Shown here piece by piece: positions 1 to 13,709 of a stretch of 64,000 nt of DNA. The DNA comes from Octopus vulgaris. Taxonomy: Eukaryota. Where the stretch lies: contig OX597833.1 in NCBI GenBank assembly GCA_951406725.2, positions 48,236,001 through 48,300,000 of the forward strand, written 5' to 3'. The translations under genes and the position numbers were made by a program. The notes beneath the pieces are model-generated. The model was not told where the DNA came from. It was given only the letters and a program-made list of their open reading frames with translations, and searched no databases. Each line of letters opens with the position of its first letter. Position 1 is the first letter of the stretch.

Positions 1-42
1 TGTGTGGTCACCATAAAACTTATTATCCCTTTAGCATTTAAA

Positions 43-615
43 TTTGCATCACTGGTCTGGAACCCCTATCTTGCCCAGGATATTAATTGTCTGGAAACCA
101 TTCAGCGACGTGCAACCAAGAGAATACCCTCTATCAGGCATTTGCCATATTCTGAATGCCTTACTTCCCTGGGCATGGATACATTGAAACTCCGATGTTG
201 ACTTGGCAGACACCGATAAAATTATTAACCATCTTACTAACAATAACTCTGAGCACCTTTCCAAACTCCACCTGTCTAACACCCGTGGACATGTTTACAA
301 AGTCAGAAAACAGCACAGCTCCCATGACTTTCGGAAGCATTTTTTCACGCTAAGAGTTGCTGAAGCATGGAACAAACTGCCGCATTCAGTTGTTAGTTGT
401 CGGAGCACTGCATCATTCAAAACTTCCATGCTTCCTGAGATTCGTCAACCCTACACCTGATTTTCTCCCTTCCATACACATGCAAGCATGTATCTGACTC
501 ATACACGGTTCGCTTTCCAGACATTTGTACATTAAGGCACATGCTTTATATGCACTTTTGACAAGTTGGTGTGCACCTGAGCACTGTATACAATAATCTC
601 ATTATTATTATTATT

Positions 616-663
<48 letters not shown>
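43..663 (+). mobile_element. 5'-truncated CR1/L2-group LINE 3' end with (ATT)n tail, inserted in a piggyBac-like MITE
   Basis: VWNPYLAQDINCLETIQRRATKRIP and TRGH..FFTLRVAEAWNKLP motifs; (ATT)n at ~601-663. Flanks 28-42 and 664-860 match the MITE at 15685. Confidence 0.85.
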
Positions 664-665
<2 letters not shown>

Positions 666-1068
666 AACTGGTTATATTCGGCCCAAATATTCAACCTGTT
701 TTATATTTTCAAACTGACCTGATCCAGTTTTCCACACCTACCACGCAATGTCATTATAAAAATAAACAATTGTTTCCTCAAAATCTTGAAGCTATGAGAT
801 AATGCATGATTAATTCTAAACAATATGACTAGATAAGCATTACATTTGACAGAGGTAAGGCCATGGTATTGCATGTTGCTGGGAAGTATACTTCTTATCA
901 GTTTTGGCAGTATCTAGATAAACTCTTAGGAACAACTCCCAGGCAAAGTTACCATAGATATTCCAATATTTATAGAATGTCTGCTTGTCACTAAGGTTTA
1001 GTTCTGATCAAGTAAATGCAGTTTGATAAATATTCCAACAGAAATATCTTCTTGGTTTCTCTCTCTGT

Positions 1069-1086
1069 CTCTGTCTGTCTGTCTGA

Positions 1087-1168
<82 letters not shown>
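1069..1168. repeat. (CT)n microsatellite
   Basis: Seen directly. Confidence 0.95.
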
Positions 1169-1172
<4 letters not shown>

Positions 1173-1253
1173 GACTGGGTAACCATGTATCACTTCTGCT
1201 GCAACACACCTGTTTCTGTCCTCATTCTTGATCTATCTCCCTCTCTCTATATT

Positions 1254-1412
1254 CATCATCGTTTAGCGCCTGCTTTCCATGCTGGCATGGGTTGGACGGT
1301 TCAACTGGGGTCTGGGAAGCCAGAAGGCTGCACCAGGCCCAGTCTGATCTGGCAATGTTTCTACGCCTGGATGCCCTTCCTAACGCCAACCACTCCATGA
1401 GTGTAGTGGGTG

Positions 1413-1413
<1 letters not shown>
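1254..1413 (-). mobile_element. SINE-like family C with (GAT)n tail (core GGCGTTAGGAAGGGCATCCAGC). Other copies at ~1850-2070, 4790-5185, 5296-5717, 9020-9358, 14870-15190, 21757-22460, 23580-23750, 24807-25290, 27130-27420, 61425-61603
   Basis: The same core and ...GGACGTTAAACGATGATGAT end recur more than 10 times in both orientations. The tail looks RTE-like (inference). Confidence 0.8.
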
Positions 1414-1470
<57 letters not shown>

Positions 1471-1790
1471 ATAATTAAGGGTTAAATGCAACAAATTGCT
1501 CAACAAGTTATCTGCAAATTTTTCGTTACGTTGGGAATACTATATATGTATATATATATATATATCCCCCTCTCCCTCTATCCCTCCCCCACTCTCTCTT
1601 GCTCTCTCCCTCTGACTATGCTTAGTGGCTTTTTGTCCATCTTGACATTCTGAGTTCAAATTCCACTGAGGCTGGCTTTGCATTTCGTCCTTTCAGGGTC
1701 GATTAATTAAGTACCAGTGAAGCACTGAAATTGATGTAATCGACTTAACCCCTCTCCACCATATTTCAGGCTTGTGCTATAATAGTAAAG

Positions 1791-1846
<56 letters not shown>

Positions 1847-2269
1847 CAGCACCGCATCGACTGGCCTCCGTGCCCGTGGCACATAACAAACACCATCCGA
1901 TAGTGGCCGTTGCCAGCCTCGTCTGGCACCTGTGTCAGTGGCACGTAAAAAGCACCCACTACACTCACGGAGTGGTTGGCATTAGGAAGGGCATCCAGCT
2001 GTAGAAACATTGCCAGATCAGACTGGGCCTGGTGCAGTCTTCTGGCTTCCCAGACCCTAGTTGAACCGTCCAGTGAGTTGGTAGAATCATTACCACACCA
2101 AGCAAAATACTCAGCAACATTTCACCCATCTAAGGTTCTGAGCTCAAATTCAGCCATTCAGCCAAACCTGATTTTATCTTTCATCCTTTTGGGGTCGATA
2201 AAATAAGTACCAGTTGAACACTGGGGTCAATGTAATTGACTTATCCCCTCCCTCAAACTTGCTGGTCTC

Positions 2270-2661
2270 TCTCTTTTACTCTTTTACTTGTTTCAGTCAT
2301 TTGACTGCGGCCATGCTGGAGCACCGCCTTTAGTCGAGCAAATTGACCCCGGGACTTATTCTTTGTAAGCCCAGTGCTTATTCTACCGGTCTCTTTTGCT
2401 GAACCGCTAAGTGACGGGGACGTAAACACACCAGCATCGGTTGTCAAGCAATGCTAGGGGGACAAACACACACATACATATACATTTATATACATATATA
2501 CGACAGGCTTCTTTCAGTTTCCGTCTACCAAATCCACTCACAAGGCATTGGTCGGCCCAAGGCTATAGCAGAAGACACTTGCCCAAGGTGCCACACAGTG
2601 GGACTGAACCTGGAGCCATGTGGTTGGTTAGCAAGCTACTTACCACACAGCCACTCCTGCA
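2270..2661 (-). mobile_element. tRNA-derived SINE family A (~400 bp, internal TA/TG microsatellite). Other copies at ~6083-6485, 11086-11480, 16250-16665, 19930-20331, 20590-21005, 24500-24803, 26340-26738, 33311-33695, 38578-38990, 56615-56965, 58525-59040, 63467-63876
   Basis: Head GGAGTGGCTGTGTGGTAAG..GGTTCAGTCCC (A/B-box-like) and end ..GACTGAAACAAGTAAAAGAG; near-identical copies throughout the window. Confidence 0.9.
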
Positions 2662-3387
2662 CCTATTTTGGTCTAATGCCAAAATTTGAAATCATTATGG
2701 GTAAAATGTTTAGCAGCATTTCATCCATCTTTATATTCTGGGTTCAAATTCCGCTGAGGGTGACTTTACCTTTCTTCCTTTCGGAGTTGATAAAAGAAGT
2801 ATCAATTGAACACTGGAGTTGATGTAATTCACTTGCCACTTCGCCGAAGTTGCTGCTCTTGTAGCAAAATTTGAAATCATTATTATTGTTTTAGGGCAGT
2901 AGACTGGCAGAATTGACAGTACTTAAAAAAAAATGTTGCATTATTTTATGTTCTAAGTTCAGATCTTGCCAAGCCCAAATTTGCATTTCATCTTTTCAGG
3001 GTTCATAAAAATAAAATACTAGTATAGTTCTGGGGCTGGTGGCATTGACTAAACAACCCCTTTCATTCTCAAAAATGTTGGCCTTGTACCTAGATTAGAA
3101 ACCATTATTACAAGAGTGGTAAAAGCAGCAAGCTGGCAGAATTGTTAGCATGCCGGACAAAATGCTTAGCAGCATTTTTTTCTGTTTTCACGTTCTGAGT
3201 TCAAATTCTGCTGAGGTCGACTTTGCCTTTCATACTGAAATTTCAGGCTTTTATAATAGATGGGATTATTACAAAGGTGATGGATTGACAAAGAGAAAAA
3301 AAAGAAAAACTACAAGTGTAGCTGTGTGGTAAGAAGTTTGCTTCCAAGCCCCTTGGTTCCAGGTTCAGTCCCTCTGCAATATATATA

Positions 3388-3680
3388 TGGCGAAGTTTCG
3401 CATGTCGTAGCGCAGATTTCCGTCGATTTCCGTAAAAAACGTTTATTTTTTTACATAAGTAATGAGAGCGAAAGAGACTAAGAGGAAGCGATTTTATGAC
3501 GAGAAGGTTTCACTTTGAAATCGGCCTGTGTGTGTTTGATGGGGTGTGGGAGACAGACAGTATGTTGTGTAAGTGAAGTGCTTCTGTTAGTGTGTGTGAA
3601 GAGACAGAGAGAGTAATGTGTGAAAGAGAGAGATAACTGATTTTTTACTCGGTGTATGTGTATATGTATGTCTGCATGCC
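3388..3680 (+). mobile_element. Partial copy of the MITE at 54780-55265
   Basis: Shares TTTCCGTCGATTTCCGTAAAAAA and the internal GAGAGCGAAAGAGACTAAGAG..GGAGACAGACAGTATGTTGTG blocks. Confidence 0.75.
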
Positions 3681-6252
3681 ACAGCATAATTGTAGCAATA
3701 ATAGTTACATAGCCAATATGGTAATAGCATTAGAAAATGAAGTCAGAAGTATCACATCTACAACTAAATCTAATAAATGATCATGCTTGTATGTTTTCTT
3801 TTATCTGTTACTTGTTTCAGCCATTAGACTGTGGTCATGCTGGAGCACTGCCTTGAGAAATTTTAATCGATCAAGTGGCATTCAACATTTTTGGCTGATT
3901 TTGTGTGGTGATTTAAGTGTTTTCTATTATTGCCTCGTGGCAACCAAAGCCTTGTCAGCAGAAACTGAAAGAAGCCCATTGTTTATATATATGTGTGTGT
4001 GTCATTGTAACTTAATGACTTGGCAAAAGAGTACCAGACTTTAAATCGATTCATTTGATTAAAATTTCTCAAGGCAGTGCTCCAGCATGACCACAGTCTA
4101 ATGGCTGAAACAAGTAAAAGATAAAAGAAAAACATACAAGCAAGTTCTCATGTTGAATAACAATTCACCATTGACATTGATAGACAGGAACTGCTCCTTA
4201 TAAAATCCTTGCGAGAAAAGGAAACGGAGCATAATAAATTAAGCAAATCCTATTCCAAAATACCAGTGGAAATTTTATAAATATATGGAAAAAAAAAAAG
4301 GAAAATGAAGCGATTGGAAAATGTTTGCTATTTTATTAAACGATAGAATTATCTCCCTTAGTCTACTTGGTCGATTATAAGAGTAGAGTTCTAATTTATT
4401 TATTTATACGTGGAGACAGTACTGTAGTTTTGTTTAAGCCGGTTGCTATACTTAATGTACTGGGATGTAAAAAAGGGTTTTTAATCAATTGGAATTACAC
4501 CCATAATAAGGTAAAAAGAAGCTATTAAATATGTGGTTGTGTGCATGTGTGTGCGCGGGGGAGGGGGGGGACCCAAACTTCTGAGCTCTTTTACAGGGTT
4601 TACAAAAACTGAAGGACTGCTGCAATAAGTGTGTGAATCTGAGAGGGGGGAATATGTTGAATAAAATCATAATTAACTGATAGCCCTGTGTTTTCTTTTC
4701 CTAAAGCCAGGAAATTTTCAGTATCCCCTCATATATATATATGAATCAAAATCAAAATCAAAATCGATCAACATCAATAGAAATTGTAGCTGTGATACCA
4801 GTGCCGGTGGCACATAAAAGAACCATCCGAACATGGCCGTTGCCAGCGCCGCTTCGACTGGCTTCCGTGCCAGTGGCATGTAAAAAGCACCATCTGATTG
4901 TGGCCATTGCCAGCCTCGCCTGGCCTCCATGCCGGTGGCACGTAAAAAGCACCATCTGATTGTGGCTATTTACCAGCTTCGTCTGGCACCTGTGCCGGTG
5001 GCACATAAAAAACACCTGCTACACTCATGGAGTGGTTGGCGTTAGGAAGGGCATCCAGCCATAGAAACATTGCCAGATCAGACTGGGCCTGGTGCAGCCT
5101 CCTGGCTTCCCAGACCCCAGTTGAACCGTCCAACCCATGCTAGCATGGAAAGCGGACACTAAACAATGATGATGATGATGATGATGTATTGGGTCATCCC
5201 ATAAATAATGCGGTTTTTCCATACTTCTTTTATTTTTCAAAATTAAGATAAACAAAGTTCTTTTTTAATCTAAAATATATTCTCCTTCATTTTCATTGCC
5301 TCAAGGAGGCAAAATGGCTGAGTTCCTTTCAAGCATTGGGCCTCACAGAGGCAAAGTGTCTGAGTTCCTTTTGAGTGTTGGGCTTCATGGAGGCAAAGTG
5401 GCCGAGTTCCTTTTGAATGTTGGGCATATTATGTCATGCTTGAGAAGAAGATCCATCAAACCGTGGAAAATTACAGTTGTGGCAGATACTGGTGTCATGC
5501 AAATTGGCACTTATGCCAGTGGCACGTAAGCATACCCCAGTGTCATGCAAATGGCACCCATTACCCTCTTGGAGTGGTTGGCATTAGGAGAGGCATCCAG
5601 TGGTAGAAAACCATGCCAAATCAGACTGGAGTCTGCTGCGGCCACCCAGCATGCCAGCCCAGTCGAACTGCCCAAGCCGTACCAGCATGGACAACGGACG
5701 TTAAATGATGATGATGATTATATATATATATACGTTTGTATTTATGTATATATATATAACTGTGTATATATATATAAATTTATATAAATATGGATAAGAT
5801 CATTAATTTAAATATCGATCTTATCAAGTGGCCAGCATGGGAATAAAAACCTCAAAGGTAATAATTATTATTAAAATTATAATTTAGGCCATCTAAGACA
5901 TAACACCACGCTGGAAATAGCAGCCAAAACTTGACTCTAAAACCACATTAGATGTTCATACAGCACCAGGAGAGAAGACAAAAGGACAAAATAAACTAGC
6001 AAAAAATTACTGGTTTTAGAGTCAAGTTTTGGCTGCTATTTCCAGCTTGGTGGTATCTCTTAGATACCCTAAATTATAATTTGCACAGGAGTGGCTGTGT
6101 GGTAAGTAGCTTGCTAACCAGCCACATGGTTCCGGGTTCAGTCCCACTGCGTGGCATATTGGGCAACTGTCTTCTGTTATAACCCCAGGCCGACCAATGC
6201 CTTGTGAGTGGATTTGGTAGACGGAAACTGAAAGAAGCCTGTCGTATATATG

Positions 6253-6285
<33 letters not shown>

Positions 6286-6950
6286 TTGTGTGTCTGTGTT
6301 TGTCCCTCCAACATCGCTTGACAACCGATTCTGGTGTGTTTACATCCCCATAACTTATCGGTTTGGCAAAAAGAGACCGATAGAATAAGTACTAGGCTTA
6401 CAAAGAATAAGTCCTGGGGTCGATTTGCTCGACTAAAGGCAGTGCTCCAGCATGGCCGCAGTCAAATGACTGAAACAAGTAAAATAAATACATACGTACA
6501 TACATATATCTGTTTGAACTGAAGAGATTCAACATGTGAGTCTGTTTCCTGGTTCTTTCCTTTCTTATCTCCATTTCTCTTTTCCTTCTTTTCTATGTCT
6601 CTCCCAGACTTCTCTCTAGTATCCTACAAAGGACTACATCCAAAATGTTGTACTTTTACACTGTAACCTTTATTCTTTCCTTTAGTGTCAATCTAATAAT
6701 AGTAACTGTGAAAACTCTTTGTACTTTTGTATTTTGCTTGTTTTAGCCTGAAAGATTGTACATGGCATGTTTTATAAATATTCCTGTTTAAGTATCATAA
6801 AAGCAAACTATAAGTAGTTCGTTTGGTTGTGCATTTAAATTGATATATAAATATGTATTTATATGCATATATATATATATACACACACACATGAATATAT
6901 ATATACATACACATACATACACACATGCACATATATACATACGCACATGC

Positions 6951-6985
<35 letters not shown>

Positions 6986-7064
6986 TACATACACACATGT
7001 TATATGTGTGTGTGCATGTGTGTGTATGTGGTGTGTGTGTGGTGTGTGTGTGTGTGTCTATATA

Positions 7065-8289
7065 CAGGAGTTGGACAAAATAATGGAAACACCTTGCATC
7101 ATAGCATTATAATTTTGAAATATCTATAAAACCGTCAAAATTTTGCCTATCTTTATGTTTTTTGATTTAATATGTTTTGCTAAAATTGCTGTTGCTTTTC
7201 AGATATCATCAAAAAAAGGTAATTAAAATTCATTAAAATGACAAATCTGGAGGACTTTCAAAGAGATCAGATTGTTGGTGCTCGTATGGCAGGTGCTAGC
7301 ATAATGAAAACAACTGAAATGTTTGGTGTATCAAGAAATACTCTCTTGAAAGTAATGACAGCCTTTGAGAAAGAGGGAAAAACTTCCCCGTCAGAACAAA
7401 ACTCTGGAAGAATACCAAAACTTTCAGATAGGGACCATTGAACTCTTACACGAATTGTTAGAAAGGATCACAAAAAATTAGTGCAGAGCTTAATGACCAC
7501 CTCAAGAACCCAGTTTCCACAAAAGCTGTTTGCCGGGAGCTGCACAAACTGGATTTCACGCAAGGGCTGCAATTAAAAAACTACTACTTTCAAAAACAAA
7601 CGATGCAAAGCATTTAGAGTGGAATAAAAACCTACAGAATTGGTCCCTAATTTAAGTGGAAGAATGTTATTTTCTTGGATGAGTCATCCTTTACCCTATT
7701 TCCAACCACCAGTTGAGTATATGTGTGGAGACAGCCAAAAGAAGCATTTGACCCAGAGTGCCTTCTTCCAACTGTTAAACATGGAGGAGGATCTGTGATG
7801 ATCTGGGGGTGCTATATCTTGGAAATCTGCTGGCTCAATGGTTTCCCTTCAAGACTGTTTAAGAATTTTATCTGATCAAATTCATCCTATGGTTCAGAAC
7901 TGTTTCTGGAGGGAAACGCCATCTTTCAGGATGATAATGCACCGATTCACTCAGCTAAAGTTGTTACTTAATGGCATGAGGAACACTCTAGTAAAGTTGA
8001 ACATCTTATCTGGCCACCACAGTCCCCAGATCTCAATATTATTGAACATTTATGGTGCATTTTAGAAAAACAAGTAAGGAGTCGATATCCTCCACCATCA
8101 TCACTACAAGAACTGGAGACTATTTTAGCTGAAGAATGGACAAAAATTCCTTTGGAAACAATTCAAACTTTGTACGAGTCCATACCTCATAGAATTCAAG
8201 CTGTAATTACTGCTAAAAGCGGTCCTACCCCATATTAAAATAAATTTGTTAGAAATTTTAAGGTGTTTCCATAATTTGTCCAACCCCTG
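7065..8289 (+). mobile_element. Full-length but decayed Tc1-family DNA transposon
   Basis: TIRs CAGG(A/G)GTTGGACAAA..TGGAAACACCTT at both ends with TA TSD. Confidence 0.93.
7238..8240 (+). pseudogene. Tc1 DD34E transposase with stops and frameshifts
   Basis: Paired-like HTH (FQRDQIVGARMAGAS..), [27 protein letters not shown] and WPPQSPDLNIIEHLW motifs spread across frames. Confidence 0.9.
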
Positions 8290-9359
8290 TATATATAAGC
8301 AGGATATTTTACATATTGCTACCTGTAAGAAAGAGAAAACTCAGTATATTTGATGAGCAAAAATTTATTAGGGAAATGAAGGGTCTAGTGACTCACTGTG
8401 GCCAGCAGATTAATCCCAAGTGGATTACATGAGTAAAAATAGAAGCAAATAGAAATCCTCTCCCTCTATTTATTATAGTTCTCCATCATCATCATCATTG
8501 TTCGACCGTGGTCGAGACATTCATAGTCTTTTCAAATGGCTAATAATGTGTGCGCGCGCCACTACTACACACATTGGAAAGCATTGTACAACCAAGTACT
8601 AAAGAAGATCTTTCCTCCTCCATGAAACAAAGCTGTTCCCGCTGGACGTCAACCCAGTATTTCTAAGCTATGGACCGAGTGATTTATTGTAAGGTTATCT
8701 CCCTAGATAGATTGCCTTCACTACGGCTAAGGAGCCCTTTCCATGATAGAGGAGTTTAAGACCAGCAGGCTATGGGAATTTCTATATACTGTAAATACAC
8801 TGTAGAAACGGCAGAAGATTAAGAGAAGAAATTCCAGATGTAGAAACAAAATCTAGAATCCTGATACCTCAGAGTAAACTTTGTAAAGTTTAAAATTTTA
8901 GTGAAAAAGCTAAGAAGACCAGATGTTAATGTCATCAGAGAAATGGTTGTACTTGGTGTGCAGAAAATTAGTTTGTAGGAATTCTATGCAGTGTACTTGA
9001 TGTGATTAATGGTGCCAGAGCAGCCAACAGGCTTCTGTGCCAGTGGCACATAAAAGGGCACCATTCGAGCGTGATCGTTACCAACGTCACTTTACTGGCA
9101 CCTGTGCTGGTGGCATGTGTAAAAGGATTTGAGCGAGGTCGTTGCCAGTACCGCCTGACTGGCCCCCGTGCTGGTGACACGTAAAAAGCACCCACTACAC
9201 TCTCGGAGTGGTTGGCGTTAGGAAGGGCATCCAGCTCTTGAAACTCTGCCAGATCAAGATTGGAACCTGTTGCAGCCATCTGGTTCGCCAGTCCTCATTC
9301 AAATCGTCCAACCCATGCTAGCATGGAAGCGGACATTAAACGATAATGATGATGATGAT

Positions 9360-9850
9360 AAAAGAGTGTATTAGAATTAAAGGTGAGCTGATAATAGGTA
9401 AATGCTTTACAAGTGGAAGAAGCTCAGGAGTACTTTGCAGTAAGAACACAAGAAAAATAAATCACTACCAATACTCAGAAGGTTCTATAGAAGTTGCTGC
9501 TAAGTTCTGTTACCCAGTGGAGAAAGGTGCTCTAAATGCATTTTAATCAAAATTAGGATAGGGTGGAAAAAGTTTAGGGTGTTATTATCTCAGCTAATAA
9601 TACAAAATTCTCAAAGTTTTCTTTCCTAATACTCAGGCATTTTAAATTTTCATACAAAATTGAAAGATACCTTCAGAATTAAAATTGTTTGTGCAGAAAC
9701 CTTACAAAATTCTTACATTCTCTTGGTTTCTTGCCAACAATAGAGTGATGGGTAGATTGTATGATACTTGTGTATGAATTGTAATGCTGCATGGCAGTGA
9801 GATGTGGACTTTGAGTTTAGGGGATGTGTAAGATTGGAAAGAAATGAAGC
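9360..9850 (+). mobile_element. Degenerate RTE-clade LINE fragment
   Basis: Remnant motifs IEVAAKFCY, RIGWKKF, GRLYDTCV, MLHGSEMWTL. Confidence 0.6.
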
Positions 9851-10111
9851 AGGCATATTCTGCAAGATTCTCTTTTGGACATTTACCCTCCGGCTACACC
9901 TCTCCTACCTACAGATCACTGTGGACTCTACTCTTGATGAGAAATCCTTGCAATATACCACATCAAAAAACCTTTGAACTTTACATAAAACTGTTACTAT
10001 TATCATTACTTTATTTTTATACTTTCTAAACTTTCCTGTATTTTCTAGTCTTCCCTTTTGTCGTCTCTTCCTTTTCTGGATGTCCTTTCTCTCCTCGTTT
10101 TTTCTATGTCC

Positions 10112-10147
10112 CTTTCTGTAGAAGAGCGTAGGCTCGAAATGTAAAAG
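10112..10147 (+). ncRNA. Degenerate minimal type-I hammerhead ribozyme in a Penelope-like repeat end
   Basis: cttt-CTGTAGA-aGAGC(gtag)GCTC-GAAA-tg-TA-aaag; one core substitution. Confidence 0.5.
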
Positions 10148-10236
10148 ACTTTTTCTATTCCTGAGCGTTATACTAATACATCTGTTTGTTTTGTACACCA
10201 CCTGTCTTTGTCTTTTGTTTTTTTCGTAAACTCTCC

Positions 10237-10311
<75 letters not shown>

Positions 10312-10468
10312 CATATACATATACATATATATACATATACATATATATACATATACATATACATATATATACATATACATATACATATATATACATATAC
10401 ATATATATATATATATACATATACATATACATATATATACATATACATATACATATATATACATATAC

Positions 10469-10501
<33 letters not shown>

Positions 10502-10514
10502 CATATATATATAC

Positions 10515-10545
<31 letters not shown>

Positions 10546-10571
10546 CATATATATATACATATATATATATA

Positions 10572-10602
<31 letters not shown>

Positions 10603-10643
10603 CATATATATATACATATATATATACATATATATATATATAC

Positions 10644-10708
<65 letters not shown>

Positions 10709-10715
10709 TATATAT
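10237..10715. repeat. (TA)n/(TACATA)n compound microsatellite
   Basis: Seen directly. Confidence 0.95.
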
Positions 10716-10875
10716 AAATAGATGAGTGTATTTTTACCTTGTTAACAATTAACACGGAAAAATATATAAATAGTTACCAGGGCAGCAAAAATCTCACAAT
10801 AGTATCAGTGGAATTTTCGAAACATGTGTCGAAAGTAAAAATATTTGATTACACCTGCGTTAACTCCATTTTTTA

Positions 10876-10916
<41 letters not shown>

Positions 10917-11923
10917 GACATTGTTTCACTGGTTGCAAAATCCCTAACTAGGATGAAACCATTGGCCACTGCAGGGCAGTTTGTACTCCCATAAAATAAT
11001 ACATATACATAACACACACACACACACAAAAGCTGATAAACATACTGTCCAGCTCTGGAATCTCTAGTATTAAAAGGATAATAGACAGTGGCTGTGTGGT
11101 AAGTAGCTTGCTTACCAACCACATGGTTCCAGGTCCAGTGCCACTGTATGGCACCTTGGGCATGTGTCTTCTACTATAGCCTCGAGCCGACCAAAGCCTT
11201 GTGAGTGGATTTGGTAGACGGAAACTGAAAGAAGCTCGTCGTATATATGTATATGTATGTGTGTTTGTGTGTCTGTGTTTGTCCCTCCCCCAACATCGCT
11301 TGACAACCGACGCTGGTGTGTTTACGTCCTTGTAACTTAGCGGTTTGGCAGAAAAGACTGATGGAATAAGTACTAGGCTTACAAAGAATAAGTCCTGGCT
11401 TGATTTCCTCGACTAAAGGTGGTGCTTCAGCATGGCTGCAGTCAAATGATTGAAACAAGTAAAAGAGTAATAGAGTAAAGAGTAAATATTCTTATGGTTT
11501 GAGTAGGAGATAGAATAAGAGGCAAGACAAATTAGGTATCCTGTATTCAGTAGAGACTCCCCAAAAACTCCAGAGTGCATGTGTGAGTTGGCAATATGAT
11601 GATAATAATATCTAATCACTGATTTCTTTTGCCTCCATACAAAATCACATGTATTACATATATACAAAACATTAACGAGTAAACAGACATATCAAAAGTA
11701 AATAGACACCATCATTTTGGTATGGTTTATTTCTGGAAAGAAAATAAAGTCATTTGATACATTTAAATACTTAATCTGGCATTTAGTAGGCATGCCATGT
11801 GCAGCTGTTAATGATTTAACCCGTTTGAGCATCGTACTAATAGGTAGATAAAGCAGTATAATGAAGAGGGTCTATTTACTTTTGGGTGTATAGGGTATTG
11901 TAGACAGTTTCTATCAAACAGTA

Positions 11924-12303
11924 CACTACCGTCAGAAATTAATTAGCACCCTTGATTTGCTCTTCACTCAAGGTATGTGCTGTCACCTAGTGGCCATATC
12001 TCAAACTATTGCTTTGTTGCGAGTTCACTGTTGTGCAGAACGATGACGTAACTTTGTTTGCAGAGCAGTTTGAGAGTCTACAGCCTTATGATGTTGACAT
12101 AGCAGTGCAACAACAACTTGGAGTGCGGATGCAGACAAATCTTCCTTTGTTTAATAGATATAGGTAGTGCCTCGCAAGGACCGAAATCACACCATACTAA
12201 GTTTTCTCATCGCGTAAGACGTTTTGAACAGCTCATAGGTTAATTGATTTAACCTATTTAATGTAGAAATTTGAGAAGTGCTAATTAATTTCTGACGCAA
12301 GTG
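11924..12303. mobile_element. Tc1/mariner-type MITE just downstream of the PDZ gene stop (probable 3'UTR)
   Basis: TIR CACT(AC/TG)CGTCAGAAATTAATTAGCAC at both ends, TA on each flank. Confidence 0.8.
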
Positions 12304-12450
12304 TAATATTGATTTGGAGGGAAGACCTATTAAAGCTTATATATAATTTCTGAAGACCTAATACAGCTTATATATACTTTCTGAAAGCAATATGATTAGG
12401 TTTACGTAAACTTGCACCCTTGTCAAGGGACCAGTTCTGTGTGGGGTTAG

Positions 12451-12961
12451 TTAGTACAGAGGCCAAGAATCATCTGCAAAGAAATGCTGAGAATTTGAAT
12501 TGTGTTTGGCATTCTTATATTTGTATTTCCGAGCATAATCCTCTCTCTGGAAGGGTCTGTTTAAATTAGAAAGGCTCCGGGATTGGTAAATACGACCTGG
12601 GAACTTCGTCATGGGACTGCCCAAGTGGGGATCATAATAGGAGTAAGAATTACTGAGATGCATATCATCAAAGTGGCTTGAAACAGCTCTCAAGTAATTG
12701 GCATTTGGTGATGCTCGGGGAATATTCGCAGAAATAGGGCGGAAGCTTCTGCTTGGACTCGATAGGTCAGATCGTGATGTCGTTGTGGATTTGTGATACC
12801 ACATGTGAGGCTGAGATGAGCTTAAATGCTTCATCATCTTTGGTGATCTAGGGTAGTTGTGGCCATAAGCACCATAATCACTGCCAGAGTATGATGGATA
12901 GAGGTGTTCCGAACTGTAGGTTCTGCTCATATGGAAAGGTCTGTCATGATGAAAGTCCATA
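12451..12961 (-). CDS. Same gene, probable terminal coding exon (Ser/Tyr/His-rich disordered tail ending DDSWPLY*)
   Basis: ttttactttcag acceptor; phase 2 matches the previous exon (AG+T = Ser). 170 codons open in non-repetitive sequence, TAA at 12451-12453. Confidence 0.8.
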
Positions 12962-13021
12962 CTGAAAGTAAAAAAAATGTAAAACAAATTTAGATATTAG
13001 AAATATTACATTCCTAAATCT

Positions 13022-13665
13022 GGATCTTTTCTTTTTGAACGGCAGATGTCAACACAATTTCTAGTTAACTAAACACTTTTAAACTTCGTATACTGGTAGA
13101 ATGTGTTTATAAAACATCATTTTCTCTAGGTTTTATTGAGAAAATTCTATAGTTTGTAAGATATTTCGCCTGAAAATCCGAGCATTTCGGCAATTTTAAC
13201 CAATCGATTACCTCCATTCAACTAAAATCATTTGCTGCGTCTAAAACTGAGACAACATCCTGTAACTAACCCTAAACCGTCCCCCTAACCCTAGCCCTAA
13301 ATTATTTTTTCTTAATTGTTAAATTAATTTAATTCCATTGCTTTAGTTTTTTTTTACATGCGTAACAATTAAATTAATTTAACAATTAAGAAAAAAAAAA
13401 TTTAGGGTTAGGGTTAGGGGGGGAGGTTTAAGGTTAGTTACAGGATGTTGTCTCAGTTTTAGATGCAGCAAATGATTTTAGCTCAAAAGAGAGCATAGGA
13501 TTGGTTAAAATTCGAAAAATTAAACTACGTTAAACAAACAAATTACAATTTTCTCAAGAAAGCCAAGAGAAAAAAATGTTTTATTTTGACACATTCTACC
13601 AGTATACGAAGTTTTAAAGTGTTTAGTTAACTAGAAATTGTCTGCTGTTCAAAAGGAAAAGATCC
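13022..13665. mobile_element. Merlin-like MITE, foldback variant, with CCCTAA/TTAGGG repeats
   Basis: GGATCTTTT..AAAAGATCC termini; 8-bp TSD CTAAATCT. Confidence 0.85.
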
Positions 13666-13709
13666 CTAAATCTCTCAAAGAGATTTATATAGCAGCAGCA
13701 CGATAAAGA

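Noticed and set aside
4790-5020. Regularly spaced repeats resembling a CRISPR array (also at 5320-5420 and 60871-60946)
   Set aside because: The spacers are homologous to each other, the context is eukaryotic and there are no cas genes; these are tandem repeats.
9905-10755. Long ORFs (up to 246 aa) of YI/YM repeats; similar ORFs at 14217-15026, 26627-27127 and 35282-35955
   Set aside because: These are translations of TA/TATG microsatellites that lack stops by composition; not genes.
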